From the human T2T-CHM13v2.0 reference genome, Homo sapiens: a stretch of 64,000 bases of DNA. This document shows, one piece after another, positions 1-10,830 of the stretch. The DNA lies in assembly GCF_009914755.1 (NCBI RefSeq), contig NC_060944.1; one strand, given 5' to 3'. The position numbers and the translations under genes were made by a program. Under the pieces are notes generated by a model. That model was not told the origin of the DNA. It did not search any database and saw nothing but the letters and a program-made list of their open reading frames with translations. Position 1 is the first letter of the stretch. The number at the start of each line of letters is the position of its first letter.

Positions 1-499
1 CCATGTAGTAAGAAGACATGAGGAGTTTTTTGGTCTCAGACCCCTCCCCACCCCCACCCTCAAAGCATTCTGGGATGCTCCGTTCCTTCTGGACATAGTT
101 TTCTTCCCAATTTTCTTGATTCTTAAAATGTTCTTAAAATATAGGTCTTGCATTAAGGATTAGAATTTTCCAGTGGTCACAGAGTAATGAAAACCAACTG
201 AGAGTCTGTTTTGGAAAAATAAAAGACCACAAGGAAAGACTCTGAAACACAAAACCAAAGGAATCTTTCTGCCCCATAAGTCAGAAACCCATGGATATGC
301 TGTTTATCTGTTTATTTTTATTAGAGAAGCATTCTAGGAGAGCAAGCTCTCTCGTGGGAGGATTTGCAAGTGTGATGGGTGGGGGCAGATATGGCATTAC
401 TTAATTGGCTTAAAATTTTGTCTTCTCTGCCAAAGCTAAGGAGTCCCTGCTCTGGTTATCTACTATTACCTAAAAACCACCCCAAAAATCAGAACTTCA

Positions 500-1400
500 T
501 GCAGCTGTTTATCACTATGCTGCATCACAACTCTGCATGCCAGGCGGATGACACACAGCAGGGACAGCACAAGTCTGGGACCTCAGCTCAGAAGACTTGA
601 ACAACTGGGGGATGACTGGGCATCTTTCCTCCTCCTCCTCCTTCCCCCTTCCTCCTCCCTTTTCTCCTCCTCCTCCCCCTCTTCCTCCTCCCTTTTCTCC
701 TCATCCCCCTTCTTCTCCTCCCCCCCCCACCCTTCTCCTCCTCCTTCTCCTCCTCCTCCTTCTCCTCCTCCTCCTCCTTTTCCTCCTCCTCTTCTTCACC
801 CTCCTCTTCCTCACCCTCCTCTTCTTCACCCTCCTCTTCTTCCTCCTCCTCCTTTTCTTCCTCCCCCTTCTCCTCCTTCTCCCTGTCCACCTCCTCCCCA
901 TCTTCCTCCTCCTTTCTCTTTCTCTCCCTTTTCCCCATCCTTCTTCTCCTCCTCTTATTCTTCCTGCCCCTTCTCCTCATCCTCCTCCTCCTTCTTGTCT
1001 CCCTCCTCCTCCTTCTTGTCTCCCTCCTCCTCCTTCTTCTTCTCCTCCTCCTTCCTCTCCTCCTCCTCCTCCTCTTTGTCTCTCTCTCCTCCTCCTTATC
1101 CTCTATCTACATGGCCCAATGTGGCTAGTTTGGGCTTCCTCACAGCATGGCAGCCTCAGAGCAGTCAGAATCCATCCATGAGTGCTCAGGGTATCAAGAG
1201 GAAAAAAGTGGAAGGTAGCAGTCCCCTTAAAGACAAAGCCTGGAATGGACAGAGCATCCCTTCCACCATACCGGTTGGTCAGGCACCAGCCATGATACAA
1301 GATGAGACAACATGAACTTTACCTCTCAATGGGAGGGACCCCAAATAATTTGTAGCCATCTTTAATTCCCACAACTCTGAACCCCGTATTACTTGGGAAC
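500..1400 (-). mobile_element. MLT1-family (MaLR) solo LTR remnant, split by a polypyrimidine microsatellite
   Basis: MLT1-type segments lie on both sides of the repeat: CTGGGACCTCAGCTCAGAAGACTTGAACAACTGGGG before it and GCTAGTTTGGGCTTCCTCACAGCATGGCAGCCTCAGAGCAGTCAG after it. Boundaries approximate. Confidence 0.6.
623..1104. repeat. (CCT/CTT)n degenerate polypyrimidine/polypurine tract, ~480 bp
   Basis: The + strand is almost purely C/T in CCT/CTT triplets. It accounts for the Pro/Ser-, Leu-, Glu/Lys- and Arg-rich ORFs at 548-1315. Confidence 0.97.
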
Positions 1401-1534
1401 CTGAAGGACAGAAATGAGAAATGACAAGAATCAAACCAAAATAAATAGAACACTCTAGGTGGGTCAGAAAAAAATAAAAAGCAGAAAATGTAATATGCTG
1501 CCTCTATGTGTCCCAGGGGAAAGATAAAAGCCAT

Positions 1535-2150
1535 GCATTCATTCATGGATTTGTTTGCTTATTCACTCATTCATTCAATGAAGGGAAGACCTACTATGTG
1601 CAAGGCACTCTTCCTGCCACTAGAGACACGGCAATAAACAGGCCATATGAGACCCTGCTATCATGCAACTTGCGAAAAACTATCAGAGGACGAAGACATT
1701 AAACACATAATTACAAAATATTTAACTTTCAAAAGGCAACAACATGGAAGCATCAAACCATGAATTGGGGTACATGACTCAAAAAGAAGGATCAGAAGAG
1801 GTTCCTCTGAATAAAGGCTGTCTAAACTGGGCAAATAAAATAAGCTGAAGTTTTATGAGCAAGGAGAGGAAAGAGAATGTCCCTGACTGAGGAAATAGTT
1901 TGGGATTGTAAGCAGAAAGACAGAGAGATGGCTGGGGTGGCTGGAGCTCAGGGCTGGGCAAGATAGTGGGGCCTGGTTGTGCAGGGGCTCATCAGGGCCT
2001 TGTCTCATCATAGGGACAATGGTAAGCTCTTGGAAGGTGTTCAGCAGAGAAAAGACCTGGCTGGACTTGCATTTCCTAAGCTTATCCTGGAGGGGTTGGA
2101 GAGGACAGCAGGAGACCACGAGGAGTTGGCTGTAATTGATGAGGTGACAG
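1535..2150 (-). mobile_element. LINE-2 (L2) 3' fragment
   Basis: CATTCATTCA...CCTACTATGTGCAAGGCACT...AGAGACACGGCAATAAACAGG is the reverse complement of the L2 3' end, followed by typical L2 body sequence. Confidence 0.75.
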
Positions 2151-2979
2151 GAGCTCGCTCCAAGTAGGTGCTATGGAAATGGAGAACATTCAGGAAGTGG
2201 AATTGGCTGTCCCTGGTGATGACAAAAACATGGTTTATGGGAGGCTCCCAATTAATATTTATGCAATAAGTGAACAAACGAATGAATTGATTCAGCCTCA
2301 GAGATGAGAGAGAAGCGGGTGCTTCAAGGTGGCTCCAGGTGTTGGGGTTTGAGTCCCATAGTGGATTTTGGAGACTGTAGGTGGAGCAGCTTGGCGGGAA
2401 GCAGAGAGGGTAGATGAAAGTCAGTCCCAGACCCTATGAGCTTCTGGTTGCCACGGAACAGCCACCCCTCCCTCCCAGGATGTGGCTGTCTCTGGGGCCT
2501 GGAAGTCACTGGCTGCTTTGTTTCTGGGCTAAGCATTGGGACAGGGCCAGCCTCCTCTGCTAAGCCAGGCACTTGGCCAGAATGTGGGTCCCACTGGAAG
2601 GTGGGCTTTGTCCTGAGAGAACTCATGGTAGTGCAGGAGGCAGGAGGCTGCAGCCTGCCCCAAGGGCTGGACCAGACATGTTGATGTCTCCTGGAGAGAG
2701 CTGAGTCTCCAACCCCCATTGTTTGATGGTGCTCATCTCAATGGGGTGCACACCCAGCCCTGGGCCTCCAGTCTTAATTATACCCCAGACTGTTTGCAGT
2801 GTGTAATTACCGCCATTAATTGACTGAGGGCGGCCACACTTCTCCCCTCCAGCCGTCTTTCTGACACTGAGATCCGCCACACAGCGCATCTGCCTGCACA
2901 GGCAGGAAGGAAAAGTGGCAGGGTCTGCCTTTATTTTATTACCAAGAAATATTATTTCTGTGATTTTCTGGAAGAAGCA

Positions 2980-3834
2980 GGGTGGAGGTGCAGGCTGAGG
3001 TCTGTCCAGCTCATTCTGTGCCTGCTTTGGAATGTGGGCACTGAGAAATTAAGTATTGAATGAAGATTTTCCATATTGTCCTTTCTCTTCCGTGGAGACC
3101 CCGCAGTACCTGGGCCATATATTATTATACTGTGCTTCTTCTCCTAGAAGAAGAAACATAATAATAGACAAACAAAATGAAACACACACAAAAATAAAAA
3201 CAAGAACAAACTCCAATTCATTGCTTGAATTTGTGTTCTAAATACAAGAAATAGTTTCTGCATTCCACACAAATCCCTATCTTCCTTCCTTTCTTGTTTC
3301 CTTCCTTCCTTCTTTCCTTCTTTTCTTCCCTCATCCCTTCTGCTTTTATTCCTGTCAATCTAATCTAGCTGATTATATCTATATCTATAGTGCTTGGTGA
3401 GCCTTGGTTTTACCCTCCATATCTGTGGAATCTCTCTATAGCTATATAATGGTTTGTGAACCTTGGTTTTCTCATTTGGAAAAGGGAGAAAAAAGTACCA
3501 CCCTCTCAGGTTTCTGTAAAGATTAAATGAATGTAAAATGTAACCCTGGCTCCTGGTGTGTGAGTCCTCAACTGCAGCATTAGCGAAGTCATGCCAGACA
3601 TGGGTAGTGTCCTCTGTGTCCTGCTTGGGAACTGGCACATTGTGACTTGGGTTTGAATTCAGTGCATTCAAACCTGGGGGGGTATATGGTGGCCCAGGTA
3701 CTTCAGGGTCCTGTGGAAAAGAAATGACCCTAGGACAATATGGAAAGTCTTCTTTCAATACTTAATTTCTCATTCCCTGCCACCCACAGCAAGCACCAAA
3801 TGAGCTGGACAGACCTCAGCCTGCACCTCCACCC
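2980..3834. repeat. Diverged inverted duplication, arms ~2980-3117 and ~3690-3834
   Basis: Arm 1 is GGGTGGAGGTGCAGGCTGAGGTCTGTCCAGCTCATT...GAGAAATTAAGTATTGAATGAAGATTTTCCATATTGTCCT...AGTACCTGGGCCA. The reverse complement of arm 2 gives the same sequence with substitutions and small indels. Confidence 0.95.
3450..3590 (+). mobile_element. MIR fragment
   Basis: CCTTGGTTTTCTCATTTGGAAAAGGG...AAAGATTAAATGAATGTAAAATGT resembles the MIR core. Confidence 0.6.
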
Positions 3835-3903
3835 CGTAATCAATGTGGTTGTCCTCATCCCTTACACTGTACACACTGAGAGGTGACAAAGCTTTCACCT
3901 TAA

Positions 3904-4179
<276 letters not shown>

Positions 4180-4751
4180 TAAGAGACTTCTCTAGGGTCA
4201 CACAGCTGAGAGGTGAAGGCAGGACTGGAATCCCACCTACTGACTCCTGTCCTGTGCTCCTGCCACAAGAGCGGCCTGCACCACGTGCTCATTCCTGCAT
4301 GTGCCTGCACGGAAGCTGAGTGTCCTCAAAACCATCCCTCGGGGAAAAGGGCAACCCCTCCAGGGAGCGCCCACAGCCTCTCGAGCTGCCAGGCTCTCTC
4401 TCAATTTTCATGTCAGTGGCACCTGTGAGTTTGTCCTCACTCCAATCCAGGGAGCTCGGGCAATCACTGGGCACAACCGCCATGGGAAGCAGGGGCCGTG
4501 TAAGATCCTCCGCTCTCTCCAGGCTCCAGGAGAAGGGGGCATCTCCCAAGAGGTACAGGGGCAGGCGGTTAGAGGCAAAGGCATGTGGACGCCAGGTGGG
4601 TGAGCAGAGGGGTCAAGGGGCTTGAAGGTGGTCTGAGCGGAGCACCTGCAATGCCTGCACGGGCTGTGTCTCCTCATCCGTGAAACGGGAATGATGATGA
4701 AACCATGTCCTGTAGTAGCGCCGGTGGTCCCATGCGAGCCTTCCATTCAGA

Positions 4752-5604
4752 TGTGAGTACAAACAAATTAAAACCACAAACTGATCTTCCTCTGCTCTCA
4801 CACCACAACAAGCAACACAGAAAACTTCCGTGAGCAAATGTGTGGGGGTTTCTTCCCACCAGCAAGCAAGCAATCAATTCTGCAGTGATGCCAGCTGGGT
4901 GTCCCCTAATTCCATTCTGCAGAGATAGTGTCAGATCCCACAGGTGGAGGGTTCTGTCCCTGAAGCTGCCTCCATCATTTCAGCACGAAGTGCAAGCCCC
5001 TTCACTTCTGACCTGTAAATCGGGGTTCTCAAAACCTTCCCCTCAAGCTTAATTTATTTCCTAGACAGGCTCACAGAACTCAGGGAAATGCATGTTTACC
5101 AGTTGATGACAAAGGATAATTTAAAGAATACAAATGAACAGCTGGACGAAGAGGCACGCAGGGCAAGGGCTGGAAGCATCCTGAGTGCAGGGCCTTCTGG
5201 CCCCAAGGAGTTGGGAGGCGCCACTCCTCTGGCTTAAGGATGCTTCTTGTTCACCTTTCTGCAAGTCTCTACATGGTCAGCTATCCAGAAGCTCCCCGAG
5301 CCCTGTCCTTTTGGGTTTTTAGAGAAGCTTCATTACATATGCATGATTGATGAAATCATTGGCCACCGGTGAGCCACTTAACCCTCAGCCCCTCTCCCCT
5401 GCCTGGGAGTGAGCTGAAAGTCCCACCTCTCTCATCCTGCCTTGGTATCTTTCTTGTGACCAACCCCATCCTGACGCTACCTAGGGGCTGCCAGCCACCA
5501 GTCAACTCATTAGCAGATGAAAAGATAACGCTTTGGAGTTCCTAAGGATGTCAGGAGTTATATTCCAGGAAATGGAGTTGAAGTATATATTTCACAATAT
5601 CATA
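4752..5604 (-). mobile_element. MER21-family solo LTR
   Basis: CCTCTGCTCTCACACCACAAC...GAGCAAATGTGTGGGGGTTT...GAGATAGTGTCAGATCCCACAGG. The end, ATATATTTCACAATATCATA, is the reverse complement of the MER21 start (TGTGATATTGTGAAATATATA). Confidence 0.85.
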
Positions 5605-6149
5605 AAAATATTCTTTCCTTCTTTCATCCTCAGAGAATCATCACTAACAGAGAATGTGCTGGAGTTCCAGGGCCTGATACCTTACTGACCCCTTGGGTGC
5701 TGGGCACCTGAGCCCCTTGGTCTCCAAAAGCCTCACTGTGATTTGGAGAGGGCCACAGGCCTGCGCTCTGGCCAGCGTGTGGGCACTTATAGTAGAGATG
5801 CCCAGCTAAGGTAGCCACATGCCTTCACCTCTCTCCCTTACAGGCCCTTCTCCTGAGTTAGTCCTAGGTGGTCCTGGGTGGTTTCTTGAGATCTCAGGAG
5901 AAAGTTCCTCTAAAAACCCAAGGTGGAGGCTCTGTCACTGTCCTGTTGTGTCCCTTGATCTAAAACCCGTTTGCAGCACTCAGTCCCAATATCCCACTCA
6001 GGGAGGCCATTCTTCTCCCGGGAAAACAGCTTTCCAGTTCAGCTCTGGTTAGTGGGAACAGGGGTGTGGAGTCAACAGAAGCAAGCCTGGGGCACGTCAG
6101 GATAAATGCCCTGTTTCTAGTAGTGTAATTAGACTAATCGTAGTAATTG

Positions 6150-6300
6150 TACTAACTGACATTTTTGAAATTGTACTCTACATGCTATGATTAACACCTC
6201 CATTTCATAGATAAGGAAACTAAGGCTCAGGGAGGTAAAGTAACTCCCTGAAGTTTACCAGGAAGGTGTCCAGGAATGGTGCTGGCTTTTCCTGTCCTTC
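6150..6300 (-). mobile_element. MIR fragment
   Basis: CATTTCATAGATAAGGAAACTAAGGCTCAGGGAGGTAAAGTAACT is the MIR core. Confidence 0.75.
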
Positions 6301-7518
6301 TTGGAAGTGGGAGAGGTGGAGGGATTTGCCCTCACCCAGAGCAATGAGGAAATGAAACAGCGTCTACCAGCCCTCCACACTGCAGGAGGAAACTCGGCAG
6401 TCACACAGGGCATTGTTAGGAGGGGGCACAGTAGCTATTCATTTGTTTCAATGGGGATTATTTTTTTCTTGGCATCTTTTGTGCATCAGCGTCTTCAGAA
6501 GTGAGGATATCCCAGCCCCTAGATGTGACTCAGCAGACCCCTGGGGGAAAGCTGGGGCACTGTAGACCATCCCAGGGGGCCAAGCCAGGCCGGTGCAGCC
6601 TGAGGGCACCACAGCCCCAGCTTGTGGCCAGTGTGGATGCTCCCGGGGAAGCACCATCCCTGCTCCAGCCTCGCTTGAACAAGAGCTGATGCCACCCTGC
6701 CCGGCATCCCTCCCCACTTCTTTGAATGACAGTCTTCAGGCTTTGTTTGGGGACCTCCCCCTGCCCTTTTCTCAGACGATGAGATCTGGATGGGGCTCCA
6801 TTGCTGGCCAGCACACATCTGTCAGTCTTCATCTTCCTGGGCACGGGGTGGGTGTGTGGCCACCTTAGGCTGGGGCAGTCAGAGCGAACTTCAGACATGC
6901 CTGGACCCTGGAGAGGAGGCTCTCTCTGTACACTTGGCTTTGGAGCTGTAAGGATGGGGAGCTTCTGCCAACATCTCAACCCCCCAGAGGGGAAGAGCCA
7001 GCCTCTGAATGGAGCCATCCTAGGAGAGCAGGGACAGGAGGGAGAAGATCAGTCTCTTCCCCCACGCAAGTCTGCAGTAGGGTCTCAAACACAAACCTTT
7101 ACATCTCCATTCTCTGTGAATCCCATCAATGGCACAATGCCCTCCAGAGAAGGTTCCAGTGTTCAGCATGGTAGGTGAGGCCAACTGCGTCTGGCCCCCG
7201 CCCACCTCTCCAGTCCCTTCTCTCACATGACCCCTTCTCCAGGCTTTGCTTAATCCAGTGTGAACTTCTCACCCTGTCCTTAGGGATCAATATTCTCCTT
7301 GCCTCTGGGTATTTGCTCCTAAGTTCTCGCTGCCCAGTAACACGTTGTCCCCTCTTTCCGTGGCCGGCTCCATGTGATCGCAGGTCTCAGTTTGGTGGTC
7401 ACTTTTCCCCGATTCATCAGCTCTCCGTGGGTTGCCCCTTCTGTGTTCTCACAGCACCCATGCTTCCTCTAATAATAGCCCCATCAAATCAAACGGTTGA
7501 CTTTCTCTGTTTACTTTC

Positions 7519-8438
7519 TGTCTTAGTTTGTTTTCTGTTGCTTATAACAGAACACTTGAACCGGTAATTTGTAAAGAAAAGGAATTTATTTCTTACAGTT
7601 GTGAAGTCTGAGAAGTCAATGGGTCACATCTGATGAGGGCCTTGTTGCTGGTGGGGACACTTTGCAGAGTCCCAAGGTAGGGCAGAGCATCGCAGGGTGA
7701 GGAGGCTGTGCACGCTCACTCAGGCCTCTCTTCCTCTTCTTGTAAAGCCACCAGTCCCCCTCGCGTGATAACTCATTAACCCATTAATCTATTAATCCAT
7801 GAATGGATCAGTCCATTCATGACGGCAGAGCTTTCATGATCGAACTGGAACCGCCTTTGCAAAAATTACGAGGTGAAAAAATTATGACAGTGAAAGAGAT
7901 CTGATCTAACCGACCCCCATCTTGCCTTTAACTCCAAACCGCCCTTGGTCATTCCTGGGCATAACAGCCCTTCCCCCAGACTAAACCACCTTTGTGAAGC
8001 TAATGAAACCACCAGGTTAGGAGGATGAGAGGAGCCTGAATTCTGCTAAGGTGTAGATGGGAAGGATTACCAGCCATTATTCCAGAGGCCACGAGGCTTG
8101 CAACTCTCCCAATTACTCCTGCAAATAACATCACCATTGTAGAACCTAAGATTAGCCTTTTGAGATGTCTTTTCAGGCTTTTGCATTTCTGATGACCGAT
8201 GGCTCCACCCCAACCAGCCAACCCACCCAGCGGTCCTATGGCCCCACCTGGAACCAGACTCAGTGCCTATGAGAAGCGTTTTCCACATCCCTATGATTGC
8301 ACCCCCAGCTAATCAGCAGTGCCCATTTCATTGCCTGACAAACTGTCTTTGAAAAACCCTCGCCTCTGAATTTTCAGGGAGGTTGATTTGAGTAACAATA
8401 AAACTCAGTTGAAGGGGGCAAATATTCAAACCATAGTA
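7519..8438 (-). mobile_element. MST-family MaLR LTR interrupted by an LTR8-like element
   Basis: It begins TGTCTTAGTTTGTTTTCTGTTGCTTATAACAGAAC...GAATTTATTTCTTACAGTT and runs to ~7845. The terminal GGGGCAAATATTCAAACCATAGTA resumes at ~8407-8438. Confidence 0.8.
7846..8406 (+). mobile_element. LTR8-family (LTR8A/B-like, ERV1/MER4 group) LTR, 3'-truncated
   Basis: The start TGGAACCGCCTTTGCAAAAATTA...ATTATGACAGTGAAAGAGATCTGATCTAACCGAC matches the LTR8 5' end. It stops just after the poly(A) signal AATAAAACTC. Confidence 0.85.
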
Positions 8439-8442
8439 CTAG

Positions 8443-9160
8443 CTTTAATGAACTTTGTATTTTGAGATAATTATAGATCCACACGCACTTGTAAGAAAGA
8501 ATGTAGAGAGATCTCAAGGACCCTTCCCTCATTTCCCCAGTGGTCACATCCTACACAACTACAAGACAATACCACAACCAGAATATTGACATTGATACAA
8601 GCCAGGAACCTTGTGTGGATTCCAGCAAACTGACCTGTGTTTACTTGAGTGTGTGTGTTTAGTTCTGTGGGATGTTATCACCTCTGTCGATTAGTGTGAT
8701 CCCACCACAGTCAGGGTACAGATGGTTCTCTGAAAGGACCGCTTGTGCTGCCCTTTTAAAGCCACAGCCACCTCCTCCTCTTCCCACCTCATCTCAGTCG
8801 TTGGCAACCACTGATGTATTCTCCACCTCTATTATGTTGTCATTTAAAAATATTATATGAATGGAATAATTTAGTGCATAACATCTTGAGATTGCTTTTT
8901 TTCCACTCTGCACAATTCTCTGAATATCCATCCAAGTTGTTGCATCTCATACTTTCCCTTTTAATGGCTGCATAGTATTCCATGACATGGACATACCTCA
9001 GTTCGTTCAACCATTCAGCCATTGAAGGGCATCTATATTGTTTCCAGTTGGAGACTATTACGAATAAAGTTGCTATAAACATTTATGTACAGGCTTTGGG
9101 GAGAAGATAAATTTTCATGTCTCTAGGGTAAATGCCCAAGAATGCAACAGTTCACATTTG
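8443..9160 (-). mobile_element. Old L1 (L1MC/L1MD-type) 3' fragment
   Basis: TTTGAGATAATTATAGATCCACA...GATATTGACATTGATACA-like 3' UTR sequence, then an ORF2 C-terminal remnant (MFIATLFVIVSNWKQYRCPS...EYYAAIK in the ORF at 8840-9082). Confidence 0.85.
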
Positions 9161-9374
9161 GAAGAGCATATACCATTAGTTATGACTTGCCTGCAAAAGC
9201 AGACTCCCGGAGTGGGGCCCAATACCCTAGGAGGCAGTGAGACCGATCCTGCCTCTCCCTAGGGGCCAAAGTCCCAGCCTGCAAACACGGACTTTCCTCT
9301 CTTTCCCACTTAAAAAAAATATGCTTATGGTTTATTTATATAATTCACATGCAACCTTGGCTCTTTCAAGAAAT

Positions 9375-10460
9375 ATTCATTCACTCATTCCACAAATATT
9401 TATCTGGTGCCCACTCTGTGTAAGGCACAACCCGAGGCACCAAGGAGACAGAGGCAAACAAAATCCAATTCCTCAGGCCAGGTATTTACATTATAGTGTC
9501 AGGAGATGAGCAGCAAATGAATGAACAAGCTGACGCTGATGCAGACATGGCTTTCTCAAAGTGCTGTAGAGAAGTGTATTCTTTTGAAGGCAAAGGACAG
9601 TTCAGCCAGTGAAGTTGTGTGGAGGGAGTGAGATAGCTCGATCAAACCTAAAGAGACTTGTGGACCTTGGAGAGTCTTAGGCTTTTATTTTTGGTGAGAA
9701 AAAAACAATGGGAAGATCTTGAGCAAATCAGCGACAAGGTGAGGCTTATACTTTCACAGACCTTTGGCTGCTGTGGGCTACAGCCTGGTGAGCGGGGTGG
9801 GCAGAGGGGCAGCTCAGCACAGTGACAGTCACCCCAGGGAAGTTTGATGACCTGAACCAATTTAGCAGAGGTGGAGGGGGTGAGAGGTGGTTGATGGAAC
9901 TGATCGGATTTGTGGATGGATCAGACGTTGGGGGAGGAAGAAAGAGAAAGTGTGAGAGGTCAAGGAGGACCCCAAGGCAAGAGAAACAGGAAGAATGGGA
10001 TTTGCATTGGTGGGGCATGGGAGGTTTGGTGGGGCTGGAGCACGGGAGGTTCAGGGGAGCTGGGGCATGGGAGGTTTTGTGGGGCTGGACCACAGGAGGT
10101 TCGGGGGAGCTGGGGCATGGGAGGTTTGGTGGGGGCATCAGGAGTGTCAGTCTAGGCTGTGGATTGAGCCAACACTCAGGCATCCACAAGAGTCAAGCAA
10201 GAGGGTTTTTCTTGAAAAGCAGAGAGAACTTTCCATCATCTTTGTTGCTAATTCAGATAAGCCGGCAGCATGGGTGGGGTGGGGGTCGAGTCTGTGGGTC
10301 CAGAGGCAGAGGGAAAATAACTGGTGCCCGAGGGGAGGTAGGACCCAGGTGGAAACAGGGTCTGGGCTTTTGGAAACAGAGGGACACAGAAATTCTCTCA
10401 CATGGCTCTGTTTTCCCAGTGATATGGGAAACAAGGCCCACAGTGGGAAGCAGAGAGGCA
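9375..10460 (-). mobile_element. L2 fragment
   Basis: Reversed L2 3' terminus ATTCATTCACTCATTCCACAAATATTTAT, followed by degraded L2 body. Confidence 0.7.
10011..10135. repeat. G-rich minisatellite, 50-bp period, ~2.5 copies
   Basis: TGGGGCATGGGAGGTTT recurs at 10011, 10061 and 10111. Confidence 0.92.
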
Positions 10461-10619
10461 GCTTGGAGAAGACGGCAGGAAATAGCAGTCTAAGAGCGTG
10501 GGAGAGGAAACCAGCCAGGGTGGGGCTGATCTGCCAGGCGGCTCTGAAGGCCTGAGTGACACTGGTGATTAAGTGGTGATTTTTTAAATAATTTAAAAAC
10601 TTAAGAATAAAGTACTTAC

Positions 10620-10830
10620 TCGGAACACTGACCTTGGAGTCTTAGAGATCTGGGTGCAAATTCTGTCGTTGCTGAGCCTCAGGTAAGTTGCATCGCCTCT
10701 CTGAGCCTCAGTTTCTTTATCTGTAAAATGGGGATGGTGAATCTACCCCGTGGGGTTGTGTCAGGGGTCAAATGAGGTAATGCGTGTGCAGCATCCTGCA
10801 CAGAAGCTGGCAGGGGACACGAGCTCATCG
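10620..10830 (+). mobile_element. MIR
   Basis: CTCTGAGCCTCAGTTTCTTTATCTGTAAAATGGGGATG is the MIR core. Confidence 0.85.

Noticed and set aside
548-1315. 255-aa Pro/Ser-rich ORF and overlapping Glu/Lys-, Leu- and Arg-rich ORFs
   Set aside because: These are translations of the CCT/CTT tract. Several frames are open simply because the repeat lacks stop codons.
8840-9082. ORF resembling the L1 ORF2p C-terminus
   Set aside because: It is a dead fragment of the L1 remnant, not a gene.
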